A stretch of 64,000 nt of DNA. Origin: an uncultured virus (IMG/VR IMGVR_UViG_3300025009_000081). Lineage: Duplodnaviria; Heunggongvirae; Uroviricota; Caudoviricetes. Below the pieces are notes generated by a model. That model saw only the letters and a program-made list of their open reading frames with translations, was not told the DNA's origin and searched no databases. The position numbers were made by a program, and so were the translations under genes. The DNA is taken from IMG/VR virus record IMGVR_UViG_3300025009_000081; one strand, 5' to 3'. Below are positions 46,215-55,610 of this stretch, one piece after another; the stretch's first letter is position 1, and each line of letters opens with the position of its first letter.

Positions 46215-46615
46215 ACTCAAATCCTCACTTTTAGTGTTCCCAGGAACTTCCCGGTGCCACATTTGATGTGTATTTCTGGAACCGGACAGGTTGTGCTGTC
46301 CAGCATTTTGGTGTATTCCCTGAATCTCTTCAGCAGTTTCGCTTTGTCCCAACCAGTTTGGTTCTCCACAATAGTGTGTTTGGTGCAGTGCTGCTTGTGG
46401 TCCCACACCAGGATGTGAGCTGTGATTTTGTACCTCGATAAGTTCTGCTGCATTTCAGAGCTTCCTGTGGTTTAGAAAAGTAACCCACAGTATAATAGTA
46501 GTCCACATGCACTTGTAGAACACATTCCAGTGTCCGGGATTCCACTCTTCTCCCCACCAGGAAAAGCAAAGGTACAGGTACAGGCAGGCAAAAAGTAGTA
46601 TTGTGTATTTTCTAA

Positions 46616-46906
46616 TCATCCCCGTACTCCTGTGTTTAGTGGCCCAATGTGACCCGGTATTCCAGAGAAAGTAACTTCTCCAGTATCCCTGTTTAACTTA
46701 CCAAACTGTTCCTTCATTTCTTCCGGGCTGCACATGCTTGACTGGAGTCTGAGTTTTTCCAGATATTTGCAAATGTATAGCAAGGCAAGTTGTTCTGTGG
46801 GGAAGCTCTCATGCTTGTCATGGGTCTCCACAACCCACAGCTGAGTGAACCCACTCTGGTGCATGATGTAGTTTCCGTCTGTGTAGAAGCCCGTTCTTGT
46901 TTTCAT
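46616..46906 (-). CDS. hypothetical protein
   Basis: Start moved to MKTRTG after AAAGGAG, directly after the tRNA-like element. Confidence 0.6.
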   Translation of the reverse strand: MKTRTGFYTDGNYIMHQSGFTQLWVVETHDKHESFPTEQLALLYICKYLEKLRLQSSMCSPEEMKEQFGKLNRDTGEVTFSGIPGHIGPLNTGVRG

Positions 46907-46922
46907 TGTTCTCCTTTGTAAA

Positions 46923-47012
46923 AGCCAGGGTGGGGACTCGAACCCCACAAGTGTCCTTACTTGCTTTTTGTGGGACCCTGCAAGTGTGCTCCACCCTTTG
47001 AGCTATCCCGGC
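46923..47012 (-). ncRNA. tRNA-like element (expanded anticodon loop)
   Basis: GCCGGGA/CCCTGGC acceptor; GCTC-AAAGGGTG-GAGC D arm; TGGGG-TTCGAGT-CCCCA T arm; no CCA. Confidence 0.72.
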
Positions 47013-47018
47013 AATACT

Positions 47019-47049
47019 ATTATACATTTTTTCTGAACAAACTGAACAA
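47019..47049 (-). promoter_or_regulatory. promoter for the tRNA-like leader transcript
   Basis: AAAAAATGTATAAT ending 6 nt before G1 of the element. Confidence 0.65.
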
Positions 47050-47109
47050 CTTTCCTTGTGCCGAATGTATATTAGTAGATAAGAATATTCTTATATACCC
47101 AAGGAGTTT

Positions 47110-48909
47110 TTGGATCCCTATCTTGTAGAAGTAGCCAAGCACCCACACAAACTGGGTCTGCTTGTGGGCAAAGACAAGCTCACTGAGATGCACTCAGAGT
47201 GGATTAAGTACATTTGGCTAAGTGATGAGAACAAGAGCCTCCTTGCACACCGTGGTAGTTATAAAGATATTGATGTAACTGAACCCGTGTTGACACCATC
47301 AGGGTTTAAAGCACACGGAGAACTCCTTCCCGGAAACCTGGTTTATTCCCCTTCTGGAAAAACAGTACAGATTACCGGGGTGTCAGAGGTTTTTCACAAT
47401 CCCTGCTTTGCAGTCACTTTCAGTGATGGCCATGTTGTCAAGTGTGGGGAAGGACACCTGTGGGAAGTTGGCCAGTGCTTTTGGAATGGCCACTTTCAAA
47501 CTCAGAGTTATATGGTGCGATCTACAAAAGAGCTAAAAGAATTTTATGACAGCAAATTTATGCCTCATAATAGACTTTTGGTGAAAGCAGCAAAAATTGT
47601 AGAAGATGCTTTTGGAAAAAAAATAGTGATACCCTCTACTTACAAAACTATTGTTTCCATAACTACCATTGATTCAATTCCTACCAACTGCGTAAAAGTT
47701 GACAGTGAAGATGGATTGTATTTAGTTGGCAGGGAACTTACAGCAACACACAACACTACTGCAATCACGGAAATAGGATGTGTGTGGTGGCTGCTGTTCC
47801 ACCCAGACGATAGAATTGCCATTATAAGAGACAACTTCACTGAAGCCTCAAAGACGATGAAAACGGTCTGCAAGTACATCAAGGACCCAAACATTCAAAC
47901 ACTTTTTTACCTAGCCCATGGATACTACCCAAAGTCAACAGTCAACAAAGCAAACCTCACCCTTTATAATTTTAAGAAAACAGTGACCAAAGAAGGCAGC
48001 CTAAATGCGCATGGAATGGATAGTGTACCCACAGGCTCTCACTATGACAAGATCATCTGTGACGATTTTATTACACTTGAAGACAGACTCTCCAAAGCCA
48101 AAAGAGAAAAGACCAAAGAAGGCATTCTGGAAGTCATCACAAACATTATTGATCCCGGCAAGCAAGTTGGCTTTGTTGGCACACCTTGGCATAAAGACGA
48201 TGGCTGGAAACTCTGTCCGGCTCCACTCATATACAATGTTTACCAAACAGGACTGCTGAGTGAAGAAGAAATTGCAAAAAAGAAAAAGACAACCACATCC
48301 AGTTTGTATGCTGCAAACTATGAACTAAAACACGAATCCGATGAAAAGGTATTGTTCAAAGATCCACAATATGCTTGTTGGGTGTGGGGTTGCAAAGATG
48401 TTATTGGGCACATAGATGCCAAGTTTGATGGAGACCACACAGGGGCCGTTACTTTTATGGGGCTTTTGGAAAATGGAAAGTGTCAGGTAACGGGTTGGAT
48501 ATTCAGAGAGCACATCAAAGAGAAGATCACTTGGTTAAAAGAATTGTTACACAAGTATCAAGTTACAAGACTTCACATTGAAGTCAATCCCGACAAAGGT
48601 ATGGTGGCTGATCTGTTAAAAAAAGAATTGCCTATGGGAAGACCAATTGTGGAGCCCTACCAAGAGGACATGAACAAGCACTACAAAATAACTTTCTTTT
48701 TAAAAGAGTTTTGGGGAAACCTGTTTTTTGATGAGAACTTGAGTAAGAAAGACTCCAGTGGTATTCTGGAAAACGATTACATGAATCAGATACTAGACTA
48801 TAAAGAGGGAGCTGAGCTTTGTGACGGTCCAGATTCCCTTGCCAGTTGTTGTAGGCGAGGATTTTATGCAGATGCCATGGACGCAGCTGCACTAGCATTA
48901 TATAGATAA
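47110..48909 (+). CDS. terminase large subunit with mini-intein
   Basis: HRGSYK|TT Walker A, GSHYDKIICDD Walker B, VGTPWHKDD, and nuclease acidic residues (HIDA, DGPDSLA). Confidence 0.9.
   Translation: MDPYLVEVAKHPHKLGLLVGKDKLTEMHSEWIKYIWLSDENKSLLAHRGSYKDIDVTEPVLTPSGFKAHGELLPGNLVYSPSGKTVQITGVSEVFHNPCFAVTFSDGHVVKCGEGHLWEVGQCFWNGHFQTQSYMVRSTKELKEFYDSKFMPHNRLLVKAAKIVEDAFGKKIVIPSTYKTIVSITTIDSIPTNCVKVDSEDGLYLVGRELTATHNTTAITEIGCVWWLLFHPDDRIAIIRDNFTEASKTMKTVCKYIKDPNIQTLFYLAHGYYPKSTVNKANLTLYNFKKTVTKEGSLNAHGMDSVPTGSHYDKIICDDFITLEDRLSKAKREKTKEGILEVITNIIDPGKQVGFVGTPWHKDDGWKLCPAPLIYNVYQTGLLSEEEIAKKKKTTTSSLYAANYELKHESDEKVLFKDPQYACWVWGCKDVIGHIDAKFDGDHTGAVTFMGLLENGKCQVTGWIFREHIKEKITWLKELLHKYQVTRLHIEVNPDKGMVADLLKKELPMGRPIVEPYQEDMNKHYKITFFLKEFWGNLFFDENLSKKDSSGILENDYMNQILDYKEGAELCDGPDSLASCCRRGFYADAMDAAALALYR
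47266..47754 (+). mobile_element. class 3-type mini-intein (163 aa)
   Basis: DIDVTEPVLTPSG...FSDG....CGEGHLW...TNCVKVDS...YLVG..LTATHN with +1 Thr. Confidence 0.85.
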
Positions 48910-48917
48910 GGAGATAT

Positions 48918-50198
48918 ATGGAAACAGAAATTAAAACAGATGCCATGAGTGAAGTCAGGAATGACGATTGGAAAAACTTCTTTGCTGGATTGGGCAAGAG
49001 AGGTGACAAGACACAGAGCACCAGAATAGGCACTTCATTTCTACTCGAAGATGATTACCTATCCGCAGTTTACATGAGTGATGGACTGGGCAAGAAAATA
49101 ATTACAAGTGTAAGTGAAGATTTGATTAGCAATGGCTACACCGTTAAGGGTGACACTATGGGACTTCTCAAGCAGGAGCTTAGAAGACTCAATGATGTAT
49201 CAAGTATCTGCTCTGCTATCAAGTGGACAAGACTTTATGGTGGTGGTATCATTGTTATGGGCTTTAATGATGGCAGTGATCTTGCAAGCCCACTGAGAAA
49301 CAAAAAAGCAAGGGTTACAAAACTAAAAGTGTATCCACGTTCAAGACTCACATTCAGCTCCGCTGATATTTCAAAAATGGATTTGGATGAAGTAGAAAGA
49401 TTTACCGTGCAGAAAACAAGTGGTGAACAGTTTACAGTACATAGAGACAGGTGTATTGTTTTTCAAGGTGATGAGGCTCCTTATCCATGTGATCTCACAT
49501 CTGAGCAAAGATACTGGGGCATTCCGGTTCTTCAGTCCATCTATGATCAGGTGAAGAACATGGGAGCAGCAAACCAGAGTCTTGCAAACATATTCATGGA
49601 ACTGGTTGTAGGTAAGTACAAGTTCTCAAATCTGGGACAGCTACTTGCCAGTGGTAAGTCTGACATGATCTACAAGAGAATGGATGTGATCAATGCTTCC
49701 AAATCAATGATCAATGGAGTTCTACTTGGCGAAGGCGAAGAGTACAGCAGAGATTCTATTTCTATGAGTGGTATGGGTGATGTCTGGGATCGTTTTATGA
49801 TTATGATTTCAGCGGTTGCCGAGATTCCAGTTACCAGACTTTTTGGAGTAAGCCCCAATGGACTTAACCCCACAGATGAGAGCTCAAGAAAGAATTACAG
49901 CGACAGTCTGGAGTCCAAACAGCAGACTTGGTTATACCCTATGGTACAGAGGCTTGTCACTCAGGTAAATCTTGGTGTTGGACTGGTTCCCACAGACAAA
50001 GCCATAGAGATAAAGTTTCTTCCGGTGTGGAAACCCACACAGAAAGACCTTGTGGACATGAACAAGACCCAAGCCGATGCTGACAAGATATACATGGAAC
50101 TTGGTGTACTCTCTCCAGACGAAGTCAGAGCTTGCAGGTTTGAAGGCGAGCAGAGCTATAACACAGTTCTCCAAGAAACCGCAGGTGTTGATGAATAA
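48918..50198 (+). CDS. portal protein (DUF1073-type)
   Basis: Follows TerL; W.RLYGG, H.DR...F.G, WG.PVL, IPVTRLFG.SP.GLN and GVLSPDEVR. Confidence 0.88.
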   Translation: METEIKTDAMSEVRNDDWKNFFAGLGKRGDKTQSTRIGTSFLLEDDYLSAVYMSDGLGKKIITSVSEDLISNGYTVKGDTMGLLKQELRRLNDVSSICSAIKWTRLYGGGIIVMGFNDGSDLASPLRNKKARVTKLKVYPRSRLTFSSADISKMDLDEVERFTVQKTSGEQFTVHRDRCIVFQGDEAPYPCDLTSEQRYWGIPVLQSIYDQVKNMGAANQSLANIFMELVVGKYKFSNLGQLLASGKSDMIYKRMDVINASKSMINGVLLGEGEEYSRDSISMSGMGDVWDRFMIMISAVAEIPVTRLFGVSPNGLNPTDESSRKNYSDSLESKQQTWLYPMVQRLVTQVNLGVGLVPTDKAIEIKFLPVWKPTQKDLVDMNKTQADADKIYMELGVLSPDEVRACRFEGEQSYNTVLQETAGVDE

Positions 50199-51111
50199 GG
50201 ACCTTTTCTTTCAACTACTCAAGCTGTTCTGGAAATCCAAGAAGAGGAAAATATTTCCCAACACTTCTTGGATATACCCCCATGGAATTGAGAGGCAATA
50301 TCTGAGCTGGCTTGTCAAGAAGATGAAAACCCTAACTGCCGTCACCAGGCAGTATGCAAAACCCAATCTATCAATCTGGGTTAAGCAGCAGTACAAGAAC
50401 GATGCCGAGGTTGCAGACCTCCGGGAAGCCCTCAAGAGAGCCTATGAAGAAAACTTCAAAGACAAAGAACTTGAGGAAGCCATCAGAGGGTATGGGGAAG
50501 AGCTGAATAAGCAGAATAAAAAGCAGTGGGAAAAATATTCCCTGCTTGCGGTAGGTTTTGCCTTCACCGGGGAAGAGCAATGGCTTAACCTGGCACTCAC
50601 TGAATGGACAGCTATGAACACTGAGATTCTGAAGAACCTGGGAGCCGAGTATATTCAGAAAGTAAACTTGCTTATCTCTCAAGCAGTTCAGCAGGGACTT
50701 ACATACAGAGCTGTGATGGGACAACTGGAAGTTCTGGGACTAAATTACTCAGAGAAGAAACTGAAAATGATCGCTGTAGACCAGATTGGAACCCTGAATG
50801 GACTCATCACAAAGTTCAGGCAGCTTGATGTGGGAATTGAGCAGTACACATGGAATACTCAAAGGGATGAGAGAGTCAGGGGGAATCCCAGTGGCAAATA
50901 CCCCAAAGCCAGACCCTCACACTGGGCCATGCAGGGGAAGATATGCAAATGGCTGGATAACAGTGTGTACTCTAATGACGGGATTACTTGGCTACCAAGG
51001 ACAAATGATATGCCTTTAGTTAGTGTTGGTATGGCTTTTTTGTGCAGGTGTACGGGCTTGCCACGAATTCAAGAATTACTTAACAGGGCAGGTGAAAGTG
51101 AAAATTCCTAG
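50191..51111 (+). CDS. head morphogenesis protein (SPP1 gp7/Mu F-like)
   Basis: IA.DQ...LNG...RQ...GI..Y.W....DERVR...H...G and CRC. Confidence 0.85.
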   Translation: MNKDLFFQLLKLFWKSKKRKIFPNTSWIYPHGIERQYLSWLVKKMKTLTAVTRQYAKPNLSIWVKQQYKNDAEVADLREALKRAYEENFKDKELEEAIRGYGEELNKQNKKQWEKYSLLAVGFAFTGEEQWLNLALTEWTAMNTEILKNLGAEYIQKVNLLISQAVQQGLTYRAVMGQLEVLGLNYSEKKLKMIAVDQIGTLNGLITKFRQLDVGIEQYTWNTQRDERVRGNPSGKYPKARPSHWAMQGKICKWLDNSVYSNDGITWLPRTNDMPLVSVGMAFLCRCTGLPRIQELLNRAGESENS

Positions 51112-51265
51112 AAATCTTTTAGAGCATATTATAACAGAAGCTGAGTCCATGCAGTACGGCACCATTTCCATTATAATAAATGAGACCAACAACAAAATTG
51201 ATGTGGTCACTGAGAGAAGAAAGCGGTTTGAAGCAGAAAAAGTTGTAAAAGTTCAAATATATTAG
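51098..51265 (+). CDS. small DUF2292/YezD-like protein
   Basis: I..EAESMQYGTISI.I......IDV..E.R.R; GTG start. Confidence 0.5.
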   Translation: MKIPRNLLEHIITEAESMQYGTISIIINETNNKIDVVTERRKRFEAEKVVKVQIY

Positions 51266-51362
51266 CATATTCTAATATAGGAATGTATATTAGAAGAAAG
51301 AGCTGACTTATAGAAGAGGCACAACCTATGTGTCTCTTTTTTGTTTTATAAGGAAAAAATTG

Positions 51363-52613
51363 ATGGCTAAAGGAAAACCAGAAGACTTAAAAGAAAAGGT
51401 TTCTTACCGCATAGACTCCTACAGCTTTGCTTGTCCCGGTGACGACACCATGGAAATGTATGAGCCCTTTGAGCAGACCGAAGATGGCTACCTCATGGGA
51501 AGAGCAGTGGCTACAAACATAGGTGTATTCCCTTACATGCTGGAAGATGGCAGTGTTCGTAGAGAACTTAGACTTCCCGATGAAGTATTCCACAAGGATT
51601 CAATTAAATCCCTCAGAATGAAGCCCATGACCAATGATCACCCCATGGAAAAGAATGGTGTGACTCCAGAGAACATCAAAAATTACCAAGTAGGCAGTAC
51701 AGGTGATGACATCAGGACTAATGCCTATGCAATTTCGGTTCCCATGGTGATTACTGACAAAAAAGCCATTGAAGATGTAAAGGGTGGCAAAATATCACTT
51801 TCTTGTGGATATACTGTGGAACATGACAACACTCCCGGCAATTGGTGTGGTGTTCAGTATGACTGCAAACAAAAGAATATCAGATACAATCACTTAGCCA
51901 TAGTGGACCGGGGCCGTGCCGGAGATATGGCAAAAATGATGATGAAAATGGATTCTGCTGATAACACCTCTAACTATAGTGTTGGTTGGCTTGTCACAGA
52001 TTCTAAGGACTTAATAACAGAACCAAACAAAGGAGATCAAATGAAAACTGTTAAGTTAGACGGTGTTGAATTTGAACTTGATGAGAAAGTAGCTGACAAG
52101 GTTGCTTCTGTTCAGGTAAAAAATGATTCACTGGAAACCGAAAAGAACGATCTTCTTTCCAAAGTTTCTGCACTTCAGGGAAAACTGGATTCTTCAACCG
52201 AGCAAATCACTGCTCTGAAGAACGATGTCGAAGAAGCAAAGAAACAGCAGCCTGAAGTAATTGCCAAGGCTGTCCAGGAAAGAATTTCACTTGTGGATTC
52301 AGCCATGAAGGTTGGAGTAGAGGTTAAAGCTGACCAATCTGAACTCGAAATTCAGAAAGCCGTAATCTTGAAAGTATTCCCTAATGCTGCTTCCAAATTA
52401 GACAATGCAGACGCTTCTTATCTGAAAGCCAGATTTGACACCGCATTGGAAGTGATCAGTGAAAGGGACACTCAGACTGCAAAGAACAATCAGACACAGA
52501 GTGACCTCACAGCTGACAATGCAGGAAAAGAGCCTGAAGTAAAGTATGACTCCGCAAGAGAGGCTTACATTGCCAAATTACAAACTGAATGGAACACATC
52601 AAAGGAGAACTAA
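51363..52613 (+). CDS. prohead protease/scaffold (DUF2213-type)
   Basis: T.DGYL, GVF.Y, P.T.DHP, LSCGY and I.YNHLAIV.RGRAG, then a coiled-coil scaffold. Confidence 0.88.
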   Translation: MAKGKPEDLKEKVSYRIDSYSFACPGDDTMEMYEPFEQTEDGYLMGRAVATNIGVFPYMLEDGSVRRELRLPDEVFHKDSIKSLRMKPMTNDHPMEKNGVTPENIKNYQVGSTGDDIRTNAYAISVPMVITDKKAIEDVKGGKISLSCGYTVEHDNTPGNWCGVQYDCKQKNIRYNHLAIVDRGRAGDMAKMMMKMDSADNTSNYSVGWLVTDSKDLITEPNKGDQMKTVKLDGVEFELDEKVADKVASVQVKNDSLETEKNDLLSKVSALQGKLDSSTEQITALKNDVEEAKKQQPEVIAKAVQERISLVDSAMKVGVEVKADQSELEIQKAVILKVFPNAASKLDNADASYLKARFDTALEVISERDTQTAKNNQTQSDLTADNAGKEPEVKYDSAREAYIAKLQTEWNTSKEN

Positions 52614-52616
52614 ACC

Positions 52617-53339
52617 ATGACCGCTTATAACAATATAGATTCTGCAATTGCAGGACTAAAATCAGGATTGGGTGACAGCAAGGTTTCCTCATGCGTAGCT
52701 GGTGAAGCAATCGCTTTTGGAAGACCTGTGTTTGCCTATGACAACGATGTAGAAAAAGTCTACAACTTTAAACTGGATGTCTCTACTAATCTGTACAGTG
52801 CAGACTTCTCCAGTTCAAACGTAATCGCACTTTCCGTAAATGGAGTAGCAATTACCCCAATCACTTATGCAACTGATCATGCAACTACCTTAGCTGCTCT
52901 TGTAGCTGCTGTTGATGCACTGGCTGGTGTAGAGTGTATCTCTTCCGCTGAAAAAACTCTGCTTATCAGAACCAAAGGTGCTGATTGTGTAGTTGTGACC
53001 TCGGTCTCTGGTGGATCTGCTGTAACAGTAACCACTACTACGGGTTCGGGCTCAGTATTTGTGGGTGTATCACTGTTCACTCAGAAAGTTGGTGGCACCT
53101 ATGCTATCTACGATTCTGTGAATGTACTACGTGAAGGAAACATCTGGGTAACCTGTAATACTGCTGCTGAAGGCAACATGATTGCATACCTTGATATTGC
53201 TGGAGCTGATAAAGGAGCATTTACAAATGCTGCTGGTACGGACATTGGTTGCAAATTCCAGAGTAACCTGGCTGCAACTGGTTTGGCATTAATCGAAGTG
53301 AACGGTCAAGTAGCACTTGCCTCCGCTGCATCATTCTAA
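52617..53339 (+). CDS. capsid decoration/cement protein
   Basis: AIAFG.PV and V.VL.EG.IWV; lies between protease and capsid genes. Confidence 0.7.
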   Translation: MTAYNNIDSAIAGLKSGLGDSKVSSCVAGEAIAFGRPVFAYDNDVEKVYNFKLDVSTNLYSADFSSSNVIALSVNGVAITPITYATDHATTLAALVAAVDALAGVECISSAEKTLLIRTKGADCVVVTSVSGGSAVTVTTTTGSGSVFVGVSLFTQKVGGTYAIYDSVNVLREGNIWVTCNTAAEGNMIAYLDIAGADKGAFTNAAGTDIGCKFQSNLAATGLALIEVNGQVALASAASF

Positions 53340-53356
53340 TTTAAAGGAGTAAACTA

Positions 53357-54283
53357 ATGAATCAAGATAATTACAATCTGGATACGAATGAGAGCGTGTT
53401 TTTCACTCGTCAGCTTGAAACCATAAAGGCTAAAAGCTACGATGTAAAACAGAAAGCTCTTAAAGCTACCTCACTAATTCCTGTTTCCTCGGACGCAGCA
53501 AGTGGTGCAGAGACAATCACTTACAGACAGTTCACACAAGTAGGTCTGGCAAAGATCATGAGTGATTATGCCAATGACTTTCCTCGTGCAGATGCCTATG
53601 GAACCGAAACCTCTGTAAAAGTAAAGAGTATTGGTGTTTCCTACGGCTACTCAATTCAGGAAATCCGTGCCTCTCAGATGGCTGGAGCTAACCTGGATGT
53701 GAAAAGAGCACAGGCTGCCAAAAGAGCCATGGATCAGGAGTTGGAGTCAATAGCTTGGTCGGGCAACACAAACCACAACATCAGTGGTCTCATTGCTTAT
53801 CCCGGTATCACTGAGTACACAGTACCCAATGATGGTACAGGCACCACAAAAACATGGTCAACCAAAACACCTGATCAGATCGTAAGAGATCTTTCTGGTT
53901 TGGTTAATGCAGTTACTAACACCACCAACGGTATCGAAATACCTGACACCATTCTTATGGATCTCACTCACTGGAGTCTGATCACTAACACCAGAATGGG
54001 TGATGGTAGCAACGAAACCATTTATTCATTCTTTTTGAAGACCAATCCTTACATCAAGCAGATTGAATGGCTGCAACAGCTAACCACTGCCGGAACAGGA
54101 TCTACTTCAAGAATAATGGCCTATGCAAAAGACCCCGAACATCTGACTTTGGAAATCCCACAGCCATTTGAACAGTTTGCAGCAGATAAAAAAGGTATGG
54201 AGTTTGAAATTCCTTGCCACATGAGAACCGCTGGTGTTATCGTGTACTATCCGTTGTCCGTAGCTTATGGGGATGGCATTTAA
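53357..54283 (+). CDS. major capsid protein (DUF2184-type)
   Basis: FF.RQLE.I....YD, Y.YS..E..A, W.G......GL...P and GV..YYP....Y.DGI. Confidence 0.9.
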   Translation: MNQDNYNLDTNESVFFTRQLETIKAKSYDVKQKALKATSLIPVSSDAASGAETITYRQFTQVGLAKIMSDYANDFPRADAYGTETSVKVKSIGVSYGYSIQEIRASQMAGANLDVKRAQAAKRAMDQELESIAWSGNTNHNISGLIAYPGITEYTVPNDGTGTTKTWSTKTPDQIVRDLSGLVNAVTNTTNGIEIPDTILMDLTHWSLITNTRMGDGSNETIYSFFLKTNPYIKQIEWLQQLTTAGTGSTSRIMAYAKDPEHLTLEIPQPFEQFAADKKGMEFEIPCHMRTAGVIVYYPLSVAYGDGI

Positions 54284-54327
54284 GCCATCTCCTCATTAAA
54301 CATAACATAAAACAGGGAGCAAAAAAT

Positions 54328-54738
54328 ATGTTAGTAAGATGGAAAAACATGAATCTGAAAGTGATTCCAGAACTAGGTAAAAATGGAGCAATTATCTCCA
54401 GTATCGTTCTTGCCAATGGTATCAACGAAGTCGATACACAGACTTGGAAAAAAGTCCGTGCATCAGTCGAAGATTCCATTGCAGCAGGGGATATTGAGGA
54501 AATTGAAGTCAAGGTTGACCTTCTGCCCAAAGCAAAAGCCACAGACAAAGACAAGTGGGGAATAATCAGTTGTGCAGAGTTCAAAGAGCTTGACCTCAAA
54601 ACTGCTATCCAGATGGTAAAGGAATGTGGAAATCCTGCTACACTTGAAAAGTGGAAAGAGGATGAGTCCAGAGATAGTGTCAGGGCTGCAATTATGAACA
54701 GACAAGATACTATTAAAAACTACAACCCAAAGAAGTAA
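54328..54738 (+). CDS. hypothetical head-associated protein
   Basis: GGAG RBS; L.NG.NEVD...W; follows the capsid gene. Confidence 0.65.
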   Translation: MLVRWKNMNLKVIPELGKNGAIISSIVLANGINEVDTQTWKKVRASVEDSIAAGDIEEIEVKVDLLPKAKATDKDKWGIISCAEFKELDLKTAIQMVKECGNPATLEKWKEDESRDSVRAAIMNRQDTIKNYNPKK

Positions 54739-54741
54739 AGA

Positions 54742-55134
54742 ATGAGTTATAGTGCTGCTCAAATATTTGATTTAATAGCCCCAGAGCTTTCTACAAATGC
54801 TTCCAAAGACGCATTTTTGCAGATGGCCTCAGAAGCCGTTGATTCTAACTTGCTAGGTAATAATGCTCCCAAAGCTGTAGCATACCGAGCAGCACATGAC
54901 TTAACTCTTACAGTACAACGTAGCACCGGAGAAGGTGGTACGATTTCCCAAAAGAAAGAGGGTGAACTTTCTATCGCCTACCAGAACGAAATCAAAGGCT
55001 CAGATTACTGGGACCTTACTTGGTATGGCAAAGTTTATAAAAGCACACTTGCAAGCTCTGTTTGCTTCTTCGGAGTCACCGGAGGAACGGACACGGGTTA
55101 TGATGTCAGCACAGCCGACCCTGGAGGTTGGTAA
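54742..55134 (+). CDS. head-tail adaptor (DUF4054-like)
   Basis: AAH.L, G.I..K.EG.LS..Y and T.YG..Y. Confidence 0.75.
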   Translation: MSYSAAQIFDLIAPELSTNASKDAFLQMASEAVDSNLLGNNAPKAVAYRAAHDLTLTVQRSTGEGGTISQKKEGELSIAYQNEIKGSDYWDLTWYGKVYKSTLASSVCFFGVTGGTDTGYDVSTADPGGW

Positions 55135-55610
55135 TGCAAGTGCAGTTTACAGAAAAAGATTTTGGATGGGAGAACTATCTGAAAGGCACCAACAAACTTG
55201 ATGGTTGCAAGACCAAAGTTGGATTCCCTGATAATGGTGACATGAACAATGATCACACAAACTTGATTGCAAATATTGCTTTCATCAATGAATACGGAAT
55301 GGTTTATGCAGATCACCAGATTCCACCAAGACCTTTTATGAGACAGACACTCCAATACCCTGATTCCCAGAACAGCACACAAGAACTGATGAAAGAAGTC
55401 AGCAATGCAGTTCGTAAAGGCACAAGTTATCCCAGAGTAGCGATGTCTAAGATAGGTGATCACTACACCGGGGAAATCAGAAAGACTATTGACAGGCAGA
55501 ACTTCACAAAATTGAGTAACATAACTATTGCCTTGAAAGGCAGTTCTAAAATACTTGTGGACACCGGAACCATGTATGGAAGCATCAAGCATGTGGAGGT
55601 AATCCCTTGA
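55128..55610 (+). CDS. neck/tail completion protein
   Basis: VGF, IA.INEYG, IP.RPF.R, TIA.KGS...L.DTG.M..SI. Confidence 0.75.
   Translation: MVMQVQFTEKDFGWENYLKGTNKLDGCKTKVGFPDNGDMNNDHTNLIANIAFINEYGMVYADHQIPPRPFMRQTLQYPDSQNSTQELMKEVSNAVRKGTSYPRVAMSKIGDHYTGEIRKTIDRQNFTKLSNITIALKGSSKILVDTGTMYGSIKHVEVIP

Noticed and set aside
4337..46418. Numerous + strand ORFs antisense to the minus-strand genes
   Set aside because: They are shadow frames of well-supported genes with no recognisable motifs.
37453..47012. Calling the two tRNA-like elements functional tRNAs
   Set aside because: Neither has a 5-bp stem / 7-nt loop anticodon arm, and both have acceptor mismatches and no encoded CCA.
48918..50198. 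Anti-CBASS (Acb1) label sometimes attached to DUF1073 proteins
   Set aside because: Size, motifs and position between TerL and the head morphogenesis gene indicate a portal.
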